Assembly (NCBI RefSeq): GCF_009914755.1
Contig: NC_060939.1
Strand: one strand, 5' to 3'
Length of the DNA stretch: 64,000 nucleotides
Origin: the human T2T-CHM13v2.0 reference genome, Homo sapiens
Part shown: positions 1 through 13,235 of the stretch, in pieces
Layout: every line of letters begins with the position of its first letter
Position numbering within the stretch: position 1 is the stretch's first letter
Notes under the pieces: generated by a model
What the model saw: the letters and a program-made list of their open reading frames with translations, nothing else
Database searches by the model: none
What the model was told of the DNA's origin: nothing
Program-made: the position numbers and the translations under genes

Positions 1-3000
1 TTTATATTTAAGTCTTTAATCTGTCTTGAGTTGATTTTTATATATGGTATAAGGAAGCTTCAATCTTCTGCATATGGCTAGCCAGTTATCCCAGCACCAT
101 TTATTGAATAGGGAGTCTTTTCTCCATTTCTTGTTTTTGTCAGCTTTGTTAAAGATCAGATGGTTGTAGGTGTGTGGCCTTATTTTTGGGCTCTCTATTC
201 TATTCCATTGGTCTTTTTGCCTGTTTTTTTTTTTTTTTTACCAGTACCATGCTGTTTTGGTTACTGTAGCCCTGTATTATAGTTTTAAGTTGGGTAATGT
301 GATGCCTCCATCTTTGTTCTTTTTGCCTAGGATTGCCTTGGCTATTTGGGCTCTTTTTTGGTTCCATATAAATTTTAAAATAGCTTTTTCTAGTTCTGTG
401 AAGAATGTCAATTGTAGTTTGACAGGAATAACATTGAATTTATGGATTGCTTTGGGCAGTATGGCCATTTTAATAATATTGATTCTTCCTATCCATAAGC
501 ATGGGATGTTTTCCATTTGTTTGTGTCTTCTCTGATTTCTTTGAGCAATGTTCTGTAATTCTTATTGTAGAGATCTTTCACATCCATGGTTAGTTGTATT
601 CCTAGGTATTTTATTATTTTTTGTGGCAATTGTGAATGGGATTGCCTTCCTGATTTGGCTCTTGTCTTGGCTGTTATTGGTTTATAGGAATGTTAGTGAT
701 TTTTGTACACTGATTTTGTATCCCAAAACTTTGCTGAAGTTGTTTATCAGCTAAAGGAGCTTTTTTGTCAGACAAAACTGTTTATCAGCCAAAGGCCAAG
801 ACTATGGGGTTTTCTAGGTATGGAATCATGTCTTCTGCATACAGGGATAGTTTGATTTCCTCTCTTCCTATTTGGATACCTTTATTTCTTTCTCTTGCCT
901 GATTGCTCTGGCTAGGACTTCCAATACGATGTTGAATAGGAGTGGATTGAGAGAGGGCATCCTTTTCTTGTGCCAGTGTTCAAGGGGAATGCTTCCAGCT
1001 TTTGCCCATTCAGTATGATAATGGCTGTGAGTTTGTCATAGATGGTTCTTAATATTTTGACATATGTTCCTTCAATGTCTAGTTTATTGAGAGTTTTTAA
1101 TACAAATGGGCGTTGAATTTTATCAAAAGCCTTTTCAGCATCTATTGAGATAATCATGTGGTTTTTGTCTTTAGTTCTGTTTATGTGATGAATTACATTT
1201 ATTGATTTGCGTATGTTAAAACAATCTTGCATGCCAGGGATGAAGCCTACTTGATTACGGTTGCTTAGCTTTTTTATGTGCTGCTGGATTTGGGTTGTAA
1301 GTATTTTGTTGAGGATTTTTATATAGATGTTCCTCAAGGGTATTGGCCTGAAGTTTCCTTTGTTTGTTTGTTTTTGTTTTGTCTTTGCCGGGTTTTGGTA
1401 TCAGGATGATGCTGGTCTCATGGAATGAGTTATGGAAGAGTCCCTCCTCCTCAGCTTTTTGGAATAGTTTCAGTAGGAATGACACCAGCTCTTCTTTGAA
1501 ACTCTGGTAGAATTCATCTCTGAATCCATCATGTCCTGGGCTTTTTTTGGTTGGTAGGCTACCAACGAAAGTGAATCTTACTGATTCGCTTTGAGAGCTC
1601 ATTATTGGCCTGTTCAGGGAATCAGTTTCTTCCTGGTTCTCGTTCAGTCTTGGGAGGGCATATGTGTCAAGGAATTTGTCCATCTCTTCTAGGTTTTCTA
1701 GTTTGTGCACAGAAGTGGTGATAATAGTTTCTGATAGTTATTTTTGTTTCTGTGGGGGTCAGTGGTACCATTTCCTTCATCATTTCTAATTGGGTTTATT
1801 TTGCTCTCTCTTTTCTGCTTTATTAATCTAGCTAGCAGTCTGTATTCATCTGTTCTCACACTGCTATAAAGAAATACCAGAGACTGGGTAATTTATTTAA
1901 AAAAGAGGTTTCATTGGCTCATGGTTTTGCAGGCTGTATAGGAAGCATTACTGGAGAGGATTCAGGCAACTTACAATCATGACAGATGTTAAAGGAGCAG
2001 CAGGCACGTTTTACATGGCCAGAGCAGGAGGAAGGGAGTGAAGGAGGAGGTGCAATATACTTTTAAACAACCAGATCTTGTGAGAACTCAACTCAGTATC
2101 ATGAAAACAACAAGGGGGAAATCTGACCCCATGATCCAGTAACCTCCCACCAGACCGTTCCTCCAACACTGGGGATTACAATTCTATGTGAGATTTGAGC
2201 AGAGACATAAATCCAAACTATATCATGGTGATCTATCTTATTAATTTTTTCAAAAAACCAACTCTCGGATTCATTGGTCACTTGAATTTTTTTGTGTGTG
2301 TGCCTCTTGATTTCCTTCAATTCAACTCTGGTTTTGGTTATTTCTTGTCTTCTGCTAGCTTTGGGGTTGATTGCTCTTGCTTCTCAAATTCTTTCAGTTG
2401 TAATGTTAAGTTGTTAATTTGTGATCTTTCTAACTTTTTGATGTGGGCATTTAGTGTGATGAATTTCCCTCTTAACACTGACTTAGTAGTTTCCCAAAGA
2501 TTCTGATATATTATATCTTTGTTCTCATTAGTTTCAAAGAACTTCTAGATTTCTGTCTGAATTTCATTGTTTATCCAAAAGTCATTCAAGAACATGTCGT
2601 TTAATTTCCATGTAATTGCATGATTTTGAGTGATTTTTCTGTCTTGACTTCATTTTTTTATTGCACCACGGTCCAGGAGTATGTTTGGTATAATTTCAGG
2701 TTTTTTGTGTTTGCTGAGGGTTGTTTCATGTCTAACTATGTGGTCAATTTTAGAGTATGTGCCATGTGGCAATGAGAAGAATGTATACTCTGTTATTTTT
2801 GGGTGGAGAGTTCTGCAGATATCTATCAGATCCATTTGGTCCAATGTTGAGTTCAGGTATTGAATATCTTTGTTAATTTTATGCCTTGATGATCTGTCTA
2901 ATGATCTCCTGAATGATCTGTCACTTATCTGTCAGAGAAGTGTTGAAGTCTCCCACTATTATTCTGTGAAAGTCTATGTCTCTTTGTAGGTCTCTAAGAA

Positions 3001-5232
3001 CTTGATTTATATAAATCCGGGTGTTCCTGTGTCAGGTGCCTGTATATTTAGGATAGTTGGGTCACCTTGTTGAATCTTCACTGTTATGTAATGCCCTTCT
3101 TTGTCTTTTTTGATCTTTTTGGTTTAAAGTCAGTTTTGTCTGCAATTAGGATTGCAACCCATGCTTTTTTTGTTTTCCATTTCCTTAGCAGATTTTCTTC
3201 TATCCTTTATTTTGAGCCTGTGGGTGTCATTACACGTAAGATGGATTTCTTGAAGACAGCGTACCATCGGGTCCTGCTTTTTTATCCAGTTTGCCACTCT
3301 GTGCCTTTTAGGTGAGGCATTTAGCCTGTTTATATTCAAGGTTAATATTAGTATGTGTGGGTTTGGCCCTGTCATTGTGTTGTTAGTTGGTTATTCTGCT
3401 GGCTTTTTGTGTGGTTGCTTTATAGTGTCACTGGTCTGTGTATTTAAGTGTGTTTTTGTATTAGCTGGCAGCAGTCTTTCCTTTCTGTATTTTGTGCCCC
3501 TTTCAATATCTTTTGTAAGTCAGGTCTGGTGGTAATAAACTCCCTCAACATTTACTTATCTGAAAGGATCTTATTTCTCCTTTGCTTAGGAAGCTTAGTT
3601 TGGCTGGATATGAAATTCTTAGCTGAAGATTGTTTTCTTTAAGAATGTTGAATATAGGCCCCTAATCTCTTCTGACTTTGTAGAGTTTCTGCTTAGATGT
3701 CCACTGTTAGCCTGATAGGGTTCCCTTTGTAGGTGACCTGCCCTTTCTCTCTAGCTGCCTTTTACATTCTTTCTTTCGTTTTGACTTTGGAAAATCTGAT
3801 GATTATGTGTCTTCTTAATCATGGGGATGATTGAGCTTGGTCTTCTTGTGTAGATGGTCTTCTTGTGAAGAATCTTGTGTAGAATCTCGCAGGGGTTCTC
3901 TGTATTTCCTGAATTTTTGGCCTCTGTCACAAGGTTAGGGAAGTTTTCATGAACAATATTCTGAAATGTGTTTTCTGAATAGTTTGCTTTCTCCCCCTCC
4001 CTTTCAGTAATGCCAATGATTTATAGATTTGACCTCTTTACATAATCCCATACTTCTCATAGGTTTTGTTCATTTTTTATTCTTTTTTCTTTAGTTTTGT
4101 CTGAATGTCTTATTTCAGAGAGCCAGTCTTCAAGTTCTGAGATTGTTTCCTCAGCTTGGTTTATTCTGTTGTTAATACTTGTGACTGCGTTGTGAAATTA
4201 TTATATTGTGTTATTCAGCTCTGTCAGATCTGTTAGGTTCTTTTTTATACCATCTATTTCATCTTTCAGCTCCTATATTGTTTTAATGTGGTTCTTAGTT
4301 GCCTTGGGTTGGTGGCCTGCCCCTCCCTCTGGGGGCTCCATCCTAGGGAGCTATGAACCTGTTGCTGGCCTGAACATACCTATAGGAGGTGGCTGGAGAT
4401 CTGGTTGGAAGGTCTTGCCCAGTGAGGAAGAATGGTATTGGGGACCTGCTTATAAAAGCAGTCTGGCCATGTTTTCGTAGAGCAGCTGTGCTGTGCTGGT
4501 AGCCTGCTTCCGCCCTCAGTTGGCTTGGACTCTCCAAAGCCTGAAGGCTGGAAGGCTAAGTCGCCCAAACAGCAAAGGTGGTGGTCCACCTCTCCCCCTG
4601 AGAGCTCTGTCTCAGGGAGGTACAACACTGCTACCAGTGGCAGGCTAGAATTCCAAGCCCATGGGTCTTACCCTGTGAGGTGCTGTGGAAGTGAGGCCTG
4701 CAGACTATTGCTGCTCAGCCCCCTGGATTCAGCCCCTTTCCTAGGGATATGTGCCAGGGTCTAACCTCCCACTTTGCCAGAGATGAAGCTAGCTACTTTT
4801 GCTGGGAAGCCTGGAAAGCTCAGGTATCTAAGGCTCCTGGGTCTCTGTGCGTGCCTGGGTGGATGCTCTCCCAAGACCCCACGTAGCTGTGTGTGTCAGA
4901 CTGAAGGCCCTGGTGGAGTGGGTTCACGAGGAGAATCTCCTGACCTGAGGGTTGCAAAGATCCATGTGAAATCAAGAGTTCACCGGATCACACATTAACT
5001 TACTGCTTCCCTGGGCAGGGAAAATTCCCCTGGCTCTGTGTTGCTCTTGGGTGGGCCGTCATCCTGCCTTGCTTTTGTCCATTCTCCATGGGTTGGGTTT
5101 TTTCCTTGATTAGTCCCACTGTGTGCACCTGGATGTTTTAGTTGAAGATGCTGTACTTACTCTCCCCTTTTGTTCCTCTTCCTGAGAGCCGTGCACACTA
5201 GCTGCTTCTAGTCAGCCATGTTGGCCACCCCC
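1..5232 (-). mobile_element. Old LINE-1 (L1PA13-16/L1PB-like) with 5'UTR, partial ORF1 and ORF2; runs off the left edge
   Basis: Fragmented ORF2 peptides (endonuclease MTGPNPHILILTLNINRLNASPKRHRVANWIKKQDP; [27 protein letters not shown]...[13 protein letters not shown]). GC-richer 5'UTR at ~4310-5232 ending ...agtcagccatgttggccacccc. Confidence 0.9.
1841..2225 (-). mobile_element. MaLR solo LTR (MSTA-like) inserted in the L1
   Basis: TG...CA termini (tgtattcatctgttctcacactgctataaag ... ccaaactatatca); interrupts collinear L1 ORF2 sequence. Confidence 0.85.
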
Positions 5233-8200
5233 TGTTTCTATGCATTTTTAACCTACATGGTGTATCATGCTTTATATATTTTTCTGCAACAGGCCTTCTT
5301 CACTTAACAGTTACGTTTGAAACTAATCGTTCTCTCTCTTCCTGGTACATGGAAAAGAGTCAATAAATGCAGTTTATTCTATGGTAGAGCTTTATGAAAG
5401 TATATTTAAAAAGTATTAATGGCATCTCACGATTGTGAATCTGCCCTGCTCTGATTACTAGTAAGGATAAGAAACTTTTATCATGTTAACTGGCTGCTTA
5501 TATTCATTTTTCTTTGAATTACCTATTCATATTCTTTGCCCAATTTTCTTTTGGCTTGTCTTTTTCTTCTTAATTTCTAGAAGTTCTTTATACACTCTGG
5601 ATCCTGATAATTTGTTTGTTAATGCATTGCATATATTTTCTCATATCTGTTGTGAGCATACTTTTAAAAATACCACTTATGAACTGAATACCATGTTCTA
5701 GGTGTTGGAATATGTTGTCAACATAGCACTATTACTCTCCCTCTCAGTTTTATAGCAGAGGAAAATGAGTTGCAAAAGATAAGCACCTTATCCCAAGTCC
5801 CACATAAATGGCAGAGCCATAATCTGAAGCCTGCTTGTCTGACTTCAGACCCAGTCTTACTACCACTCTTGACCTTTATCCAGGCTAATGGTCCCACTTG
5901 ACCAAATGCAAGGATTATGTTTTCAACCTCAGATCATTTTTTAATAGATTAAGAATATAAACTCTTTAATTCAACCAGTAAGTTCTCATCTAATTTCCAT
6001 CAATGCCATTTGCCGTGGCAATAGGGAAGCAAGCCCAGTCAGTACAAATGAAGCCACAAGCCGCTTGGAGACACGAGCCAAGTCTTGTTCACAGTACTGT
6101 ATCACAGCCAGGCACATGGAGGTGCTAGGAATTGATGAAATGAAAGGTCCTGTCTCTAGCAGCCAGAGTTCTACTTGCCTGATGTCAGTGGCTGTGGAAG
6201 GATCTGTTTTCTTCAGGGTCCTTGGGTATATCTTTCCACCACTATACTTCCCCCACCCTGATCCTGGGTTCACAGCTGTGTGGCTAGATCCTGTAAACCT
6301 ACCCTACCTTGTAATGGGTTCCCTCTTCGTCACCATTACTACTCCTTGTGGATTCCAGCAGAGCAGCTTTCAGTCCACTGGCCAGCTTGCTACACTAGAG
6401 AAGCCACATTAGAAATCAGTCTTAAGATCATAGAGTAAATAAGTAAATCCTGGTATGGAGTTATCTTCAAGAGCCTGTCTTCCAGATTATGCCTCAGCCA
6501 CCTCCTTGTAGATTCCATTCAGAAGTTCAGAGGAGAGCAGTACAGTCATCATTTCCATTTGTTTTCAGAAAAGACTCCTAGTCCCCTTCCTTCCCTTTCT
6601 GGATCAGTCTTCAAGGCCCTACAAGTACCTCACTGCTTTTCTTATCCACACTCATGGATCTACCTTGGTTGATGGATAGATATCTTCCCCTTAAGTTGAT
6701 TCCATGTACTTTCTGTTGTCTTTTGTTACTTCTGTCTACATTGTTTTCTAGAAGCTACCATCATAGAGGGAATCAGTACAGGGTTAAGTAAGATTCTGAG
6801 CTTTGAACATGCTTCTGAATCACCTAGCTGTGTGCCACTGAGCAAATAAAAAGTTCCTGATACATTGTAGGCTACATAATAAATAATCTCTCATTTTCTG
6901 ACTGCTTCCCTCCATCCATCCTTCTAATGTACTTTTTAGAAGCAGAGAGGTATTAACAAACTTAAATATCAGAGTTTCTATAAAAGTTCCTCTAAAACTC
7001 CCCCTAGCTCCTTCTCCCCATCAAAATGTATCACTTTCTTCCTCTGCCTTCCCATTGCAGGTTTTCTTCTTCCTATACTTATCATATGACATAATAGTGA
7101 TACTATATTATAGATGATATTATAGTGATTTATTTGTTTCTGTCTCCCACATAGGCTGGGAGCTCCCAAGGACCAGTACTTCCTGTTCACTAGTTAGTCT
7201 CGCAATGTAGTGCAATGCCCAACACTGAGCATGGGACAATTCATCCTTGCTGAAAGTATGAATGAAGGAATGACAAAAGGGATCTGGGGAAGTGTGGATG
7301 TAGACACCAGTGAGCAGAGTGGGAATAATTCCTAATGGGTAAACTGGAGTTGAAAGAGGAAGGAGTGGATAGTGAGGATTGGTTCGGCGGGGGCTGGAGA
7401 CTAGGGGCTTCATCACCTCTACTGATGCCCTACCCCAAGGTCTGGAAGAAGATTAGATTCTAGTTTCTGTACTGCCACTTCTGATAGTCTCTCAAATCTC
7501 AGCTGCCATCAGCAAAACAGGGATTAATCATATCTTTCACCCAGGGCAGTCGTGGGCTTTCAGTGGAACCATGTAACATAAAGACATTTCACAAATGCAA
7601 AGGATGTTGAGAAGAGGAAGCTAATTCTGAAGCTTAAATCGCTTGTTCAAGGGCGTGGAGTCAGCACACAGCTGGGCTCAGAACCCAGGTGCCTGGACTC
7701 CTAGTCAAGAGCCCTCCCACCACATCGAGCTACCCCTCTGGGAGCGCTAGAGTGAAGAACATTGAATTTTAAGAAATGCAAAGGAATTCTTCATATGGTT
7801 GCACACAAAGCCCGCACTCATGTCCAGCTCCAGGGCAAGCCAACTGGATGCTAAGAAACAGGAAACAACCAAGCTATGAAGAAAACTGATCCAAGTGTTG
7901 AAAAGATAATTTGTCCAAAACCAGACCCCTGGTGAAGCTTCATTGTGTTATTTATTAGCTAAGGGTTAGGAGTATGTGGAAATGAAGGGTTGCTGGGACC
8001 ATTAATAGAAGATCTTCATGGCCATTACTGACTCAAATGTCAGGAATGAAGGGCCTTTACTCTCTAGAATCCCCAGCTCCTTTTATGGGGCAGTCTTTCA
8101 GGTATGAAATCAGTCAACTTTGGAAAACTGTCTTTTTGTTTGAATTTTTGATGCTGCAAAGGACAGAGGGAGTAAGGAAAGAGGCAATACACAGGGCAAG

Positions 8201-9561
8201 GCTCGCATGTTCCCAGAGGGGCCAGCAGAGAGGCACATTTATCTTGACAGGCTCCCCTTCTGAGGCAGCACCCTGGGGGTCCCCAGAGCCATTCATCCAG
8301 CAACCCCAAGCCCCTGCGAGCAGGCTCTGGGCTTGGCAGAAGCCCTTCCTGGCATGGTTCCATGCCAGAAAAAGAATTCTGCTTTCCCCCTGCAGGAGGA
8401 GAGAGGGTCTGGAGGTGAATGGAGCCACAGCCCTCCAGTCCCAGAATGGCACAGGTCTTCAGCAAGATGACAACAGGTAACATAAGCTAGGCCTGTAGGA
8501 CATGCCAAGCACAGAACTAAGAGCACTGCATACATGATGTGCTGTCATTTCCCAGAACCCAAAGCCTCAGCTCTCCATCTCTGAGATGAGGAGACCCTAG
8601 CGGGCCTCCCAATGCCTGTCTTGAGACCAGCTGTAGCACAAGCACTGGTGCTTTATGTTAAACATGTATGTGATGTATTTGGAAAGATACCAAGAAACAG
8701 ATAATCATATTTGTTTCTGAGGACTGAGACACAAGGATAAGGCATTGGAAGGAAATCTTCCCATATATATGTACTTTTATTTACTTATTTATTTTAGAAT
8801 TCTTAACCTAATGCATGCAGTTAGCAATTTTAAAATAACTAATTTACATTAAAAATAAGACGAACAACAAATAAAGATTTCTGGGCCTACTGCAGTCCAT
8901 TTGAATCAGAATATTCAGAGAAGAAATGGGGCAGCCATTTTAAATCAGTTCTCCAAAGTGATTCTGAGGCCAGGTTCAAGAACCACTACCCTGAAGGACA
9001 ACTATTCCCTCCCTGCCCAGGACCCCTGTATCTTACAGAAAAGAAAACTGAGCTGTGAGAGGAGCACTGACTAAGCCAAGTCATATAGTTGCTGAGAAAC
9101 AGAATAGCAAGTAAAATTCAGGTATTCAATGCCAGATTTCCAAACTATGATAACGCTCACTCTAACCTCACTGCAGCCCCGAGCATCCTTTTATTTCAAT
9201 CCTACTTCTTGCCCCAGGTCCTCTGCCTTTCAAACCCTGCTTTCTTCAAGCTAATCTGGTAAATGGAGTGATGATGTGTTTAGTCGGTACTAATGGGCCA
9301 ATGTACTCTATTAAAAGACAATTCATGAAGCTTTCTGGAGCCATGTGCAATTAGCAACTGTGTTTTACTTCTGTAAAGTAATACAGGTGGTTCAGTAGGA
9401 TAGCATTTCCCCAAAATTCTACCCCAGGAGGCAGAGGAGAAAAGGCACTGGACTTAAGTCCCGAGACCTGGATTTAAAGGTTTATCCTGTGGAAGTCATT
9501 TTGGCTCATTTTTTACATCTGTAAAGTGAGGATATTAGACTGAATAATCTGAAAGGTCCCC

Positions 9562-9935
9562 AGGTATGGTTTGAATGTGTCCCTCAAAGTTCATGTGTTG
9601 AAAATGGAATCCCCAAAGCAACAGTGTTGAGAAGTGAGATCTTTAAGAGGCAATTAAGTCTTGAGGGCTCTGCCCTCATGAATGCATTAATGTTATCATG
9701 GGAGTGGGTTTGTTGTAAAAGCAAGTTTAGCCCTCTCTTGCTGGCTTGCTCTTGGCCTCTCTTGCCCTTCTGCCTTCTGCCATGAGATGATGTGGCATGA
9801 AAGCCCTCACCAGATGCCAGTACCATGCCCTTGGACTTACCAGCCTTGAGAATAGTAAGCCAAATAAACTTCTATTGTTTGTAACTCACCAGTCTTTGGT
9901 ATTCTGTTTATAGCAACACAAAATGGACTAAGACA
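9562..9935 (+). mobile_element. MaLR solo LTR (MSTD/MLT1A-like)
   Basis: gtatggtttgaatgtgtccc...gagggctctgccctcatgaat...ccaaataaacttcta...ggactaagaca. Confidence 0.8.
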
Positions 9936-10078
9936 AACATCAAAGGCCCCTTTTACCTCTCAAAATTCTATATATAATCCCTACCTAAATATTTCTTTTC
10001 TGTTTGAATCTATATTTTAAATGATAGGAAGATAGGATTGTCCTTTTGGAAAACAGTTCCTGGTAACACTGAAAATTT

Positions 10079-11345
10079 TGTAGCTCTGAGCACCGGGAAT
10101 ATGGTTTTAGCCATTTCAGAATTGGGTGGGGAACAAAAAGAACCATTCAGGGCAGTTTCAGTTTTGATCAGAAGAAAGAACAGTAGCAGTGACCAAACAT
10201 AAGTTAAAGAAGAGAAAATAGCCTGTTAGAATTGGAGAGAACCCAACATGGAAAGCTGTATTTTAGCACGAACATGCCTGATCCCTCATGATTTCTGTTC
10301 CTGTAGAGGGAGGAAAGCAAGATATGTGTCAAAGAAAGGGATGGTCAATAAGAGATTCTCTATTTTTCATTTCCTTGCAGTCCCTACTATACAGACTGGG
10401 ACAAGGAGCCTTGATTTAAGGTTTCTCTTCTACTAAAATGCATGAGAGACATATTACTTTAAGTCTTATCAGCCATATACCCTGAGTATATATGAATTTT
10501 TCAAATCTTTTTATGAGCAGGTTTAAAACATTTAAGGTGGTACAATATACATAACATTTAGCATTTTAACAGTTTTTCAGTGCACAGTTCTGTGGCATTT
10601 AGCACATTCAAACTGCTGTGACCGTCATCTATCTCCAGAACTTTTTCATCTTCCCCATGTGAAACTCCATATTCCTTAATAACACTAACATTTATTCCCT
10701 CTCCCACTCGCCCCTGGCTGCTGCCATTCTATTTCCTGTCTCTATGAATTTGACTACTCTAGGCACCTCATACAAGTGGCATCTTATATAAACGGAGCCT
10801 CATATATATAAGTGAAATTATATAATATTTGTCTTTTTGTGACAGCCTTGTTTCACGTAGCATGTCTTAAAAGTTCTTTCTTGTTGTTGCATGTGACAGG
10901 ATTTCCTTCATTTTTAAGGCTGAAAAAATTTGTATGTTAATATGTTACATAGTATAATATATACATAATATACAATTGTGTATATATTACATATATAAAA
11001 ACAATTGTGAGTGTGGTGAATGTGTGTGGGGTGTGTGTGGGGGGATATGTGTGGTGTGTGTGCGTGTGTGATGTGTGGGGTGTGTGGTTGTGTGTTGGTG
11101 TGTTTGTGTGGGGTGTGTGGGCGTGTGTGTGGGGTATGTGTTGTTTGTGTTGGGTGTGTGGGGGGATATGTGTATGTGGTGCATGTGTGGTGTGTGTGCA
11201 CGTGTGAGGTGTGTGTGTGTGTGTGTGTGTGTCTGGTGTGTGTAGCTCTCAGCACCAAAAGCATGGTTTTAGCCATGTCAGCATTAGGTGGGTGGCCAAG
11301 GGGACCATTCAGAGAAATTTCAGTTTTGATCAGAAGAAAGAATAG
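10079..11345 (+). repeat. Dispersed 105-bp direct repeat (10079-10183 and 11241-11345)
   Basis: Gap-free manual alignment, about 85/105 identical. Confidence 0.9.
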
Positions 11346-11499
11346 CTTGAGATTCACTAAAAGAAAATGAATATACAAGAAATTATGCATATATGCAATT
11401 ATACATATATATGCATACCATATTTTGTTTACTCATTCATTGATGGACACTTTTGGCTATCATGAACATGAGTGTACAAATACCTGTTCAAGTCCCAGC
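10526..11499 (-). mobile_element. L1MB-like 3' fragment with a perfect 14-bp TSD, interrupted by a low-complexity and duplicated insert
   Basis: L1M 3'UTR motifs (tttcagtgcacagttctgtggcatttagcacattca; ctatgaatttgactactctagg); TSD tatgagcaggttta at 10512-10525 and 11500-11513. Confidence 0.75.
11005..11240 (+). repeat. Degenerate (TG)n/G-rich low-complexity tract
   Basis: Visible directly; it is the source of the spurious His/Thr- and Val/Cys-rich ORFs. Confidence 0.95.
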
Positions 11500-13059
11500 T
11501 ATGAGCAGGTTTAGACAGGGATGAGAGGACCATATCTGGCAGGTTGGGGCACTGGGGACAAACTTGCCTCCTTCATGGTTGTGCACAGCCTTCTCATGGA
11601 GCGAGGCCCCTGTGCTCATCACTTGAGATCATCTCACCCCTGATCCACTGTGAGTTGAGCCCCACATACCGGTGAGACTTCCCTGGCAGGCAGCTGTGGC
11701 CAACACCCCGCAGGCTTTCCTTTCCTCTCAGGAGGGCTGGGACCACACAATTTGGTGGCTCTGTGGAACACTTTTTCCTCACAAGCATTGTGCCTTCCTG
11801 CCTCCTCAGCAGAAGACCTGGATGGATGACTCAAACCCATGTAAATAAGCACATCTCCCAAAGTGTCGATGACCTTCAAAATAGGAAAGAATTGAATTGG
11901 AGGGTATGGGAACCTCTCTCCTGGAGTAGGGCTTTAAAGGTTACCAAAACATTTCTGAACAATGTGTTGAATAGGCAAGACTAAAAACTGTGGTTTAGTT
12001 TCCTGACAAGAATTCCTGACAGGCTTATTTATTACAGTCCTTGATATTGCTGAGGGTAAGTGGAAAAAAATGACAAGTGTTTCCAATATGTATGTGGCGT
12101 TTCGCATTTCTTGTTATCTTAGAGAAGAAAAGGGGGATAAAAAAGCCAAGTCAGAATCCTGGGTCATCACGCCCCAAGCTCAGACCTCAGGATTGGGTGG
12201 GTTTCCAGCGTGGGTTTATTTTCCTAGATTTTTAAAAGGTTATCAGTTGGTCTTGTGGCCCAGCCTGGTATCTAGTTTGCAAGAATAACAGTTTCTTGTG
12301 GGAATGAAACAGAACAAACAAGCAACAGAAGAATTGTTCTGAGCATTTTCCAGTTTTCTCTCTGCTGTCCTTTAGGCGGAGCTGACTTGAGTTCAGCCCC
12401 TGCTTGGCAGAGGGCTCCTGCTTTCAGCATCTGGCCAGGGCAGCTCTGCTCCTCCTGCAGCTTTGGGGAGAGGAGAGGCCTTTGCAGAATGTTGTTCTTA
12501 CAGAGCCATTCTCATCACCCCCTGAGGACTGCTGTGGTTCCATTTAAATATTCAAACTAGGCAAGTCATTTCTCTCCCAGGCCAAAAGCCACTATGTTCC
12601 TCGAGCTTGGTGACCACGATAATAATAATAATAATCTTAATACAGCTAACATTTATTTAGCACGAATTGGCAAAGCTCTCCTCTAAGTTAGTATTTATTT
12701 GCCGGCTGCACCAATTTATCCATCGCCTGTTCTTGCTATCTCGTCATTTAAACGAGAGCCAGCCCAACATTTTCTGTGTCAAAAAAAAAATCTCTGGCTC
12801 TTGGTGATTCTGCAGGTGGAGCAGAGCTTACTGGGCACAGAAATGTAATTTTTAAATGGTCATTATCCTTCCATCATCCTGGCATTCCTAATTACTGGCT
12901 CCAGTCCCACCATCTGAGTCTACCTTAATGTAAGTGTCCTCCTGCCTGGCTTCCATATAGAAACGGATCCCAAGGGAATGTGAGATTTACAACCTCTTTG
13001 GGACTACAGCCTCCAGTAAATACTGATTTATTTATTCATTTTCTTTAATTGCTGTCATT

Positions 13060-13235
13060 TGTTTAAGCTCTTACAATGGGAGCTGTTAAGTACTTTATAT
13101 GCATTCTTGTTCTACCCTCATGACAACAGTGTAGGTAGGTAATTTTATCGTCCCATTTTACAGGTGAGAAAATAGAGGATTTGGAAGGGTAATTAATTTT
13201 CCAACGACATACAGCTGGTAAGTGATGGAGCACTT
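13060..13235 (-). mobile_element. MIR
   Basis: cccattttacaggtgagaaaatagagg...atacagctggtaagtgatggagc. Confidence 0.65.

Noticed and set aside
170-4998. L1 ORF fragments as functional genes
   Set aside because: Multiple stops, frameshifts, deletions and an LTR insertion show a dead element.
8037-8535. Cluster of overlapping 80-147 aa ORFs on both strands
   Set aside because: No recognisable domain or splice context; explained by a locally GC-rich, stop-poor stretch.
10914-11390. His/Thr/Pro-rich and Val/Cys/Gly-rich ORFs
   Set aside because: These are translations of the TG/CA low-complexity tract.
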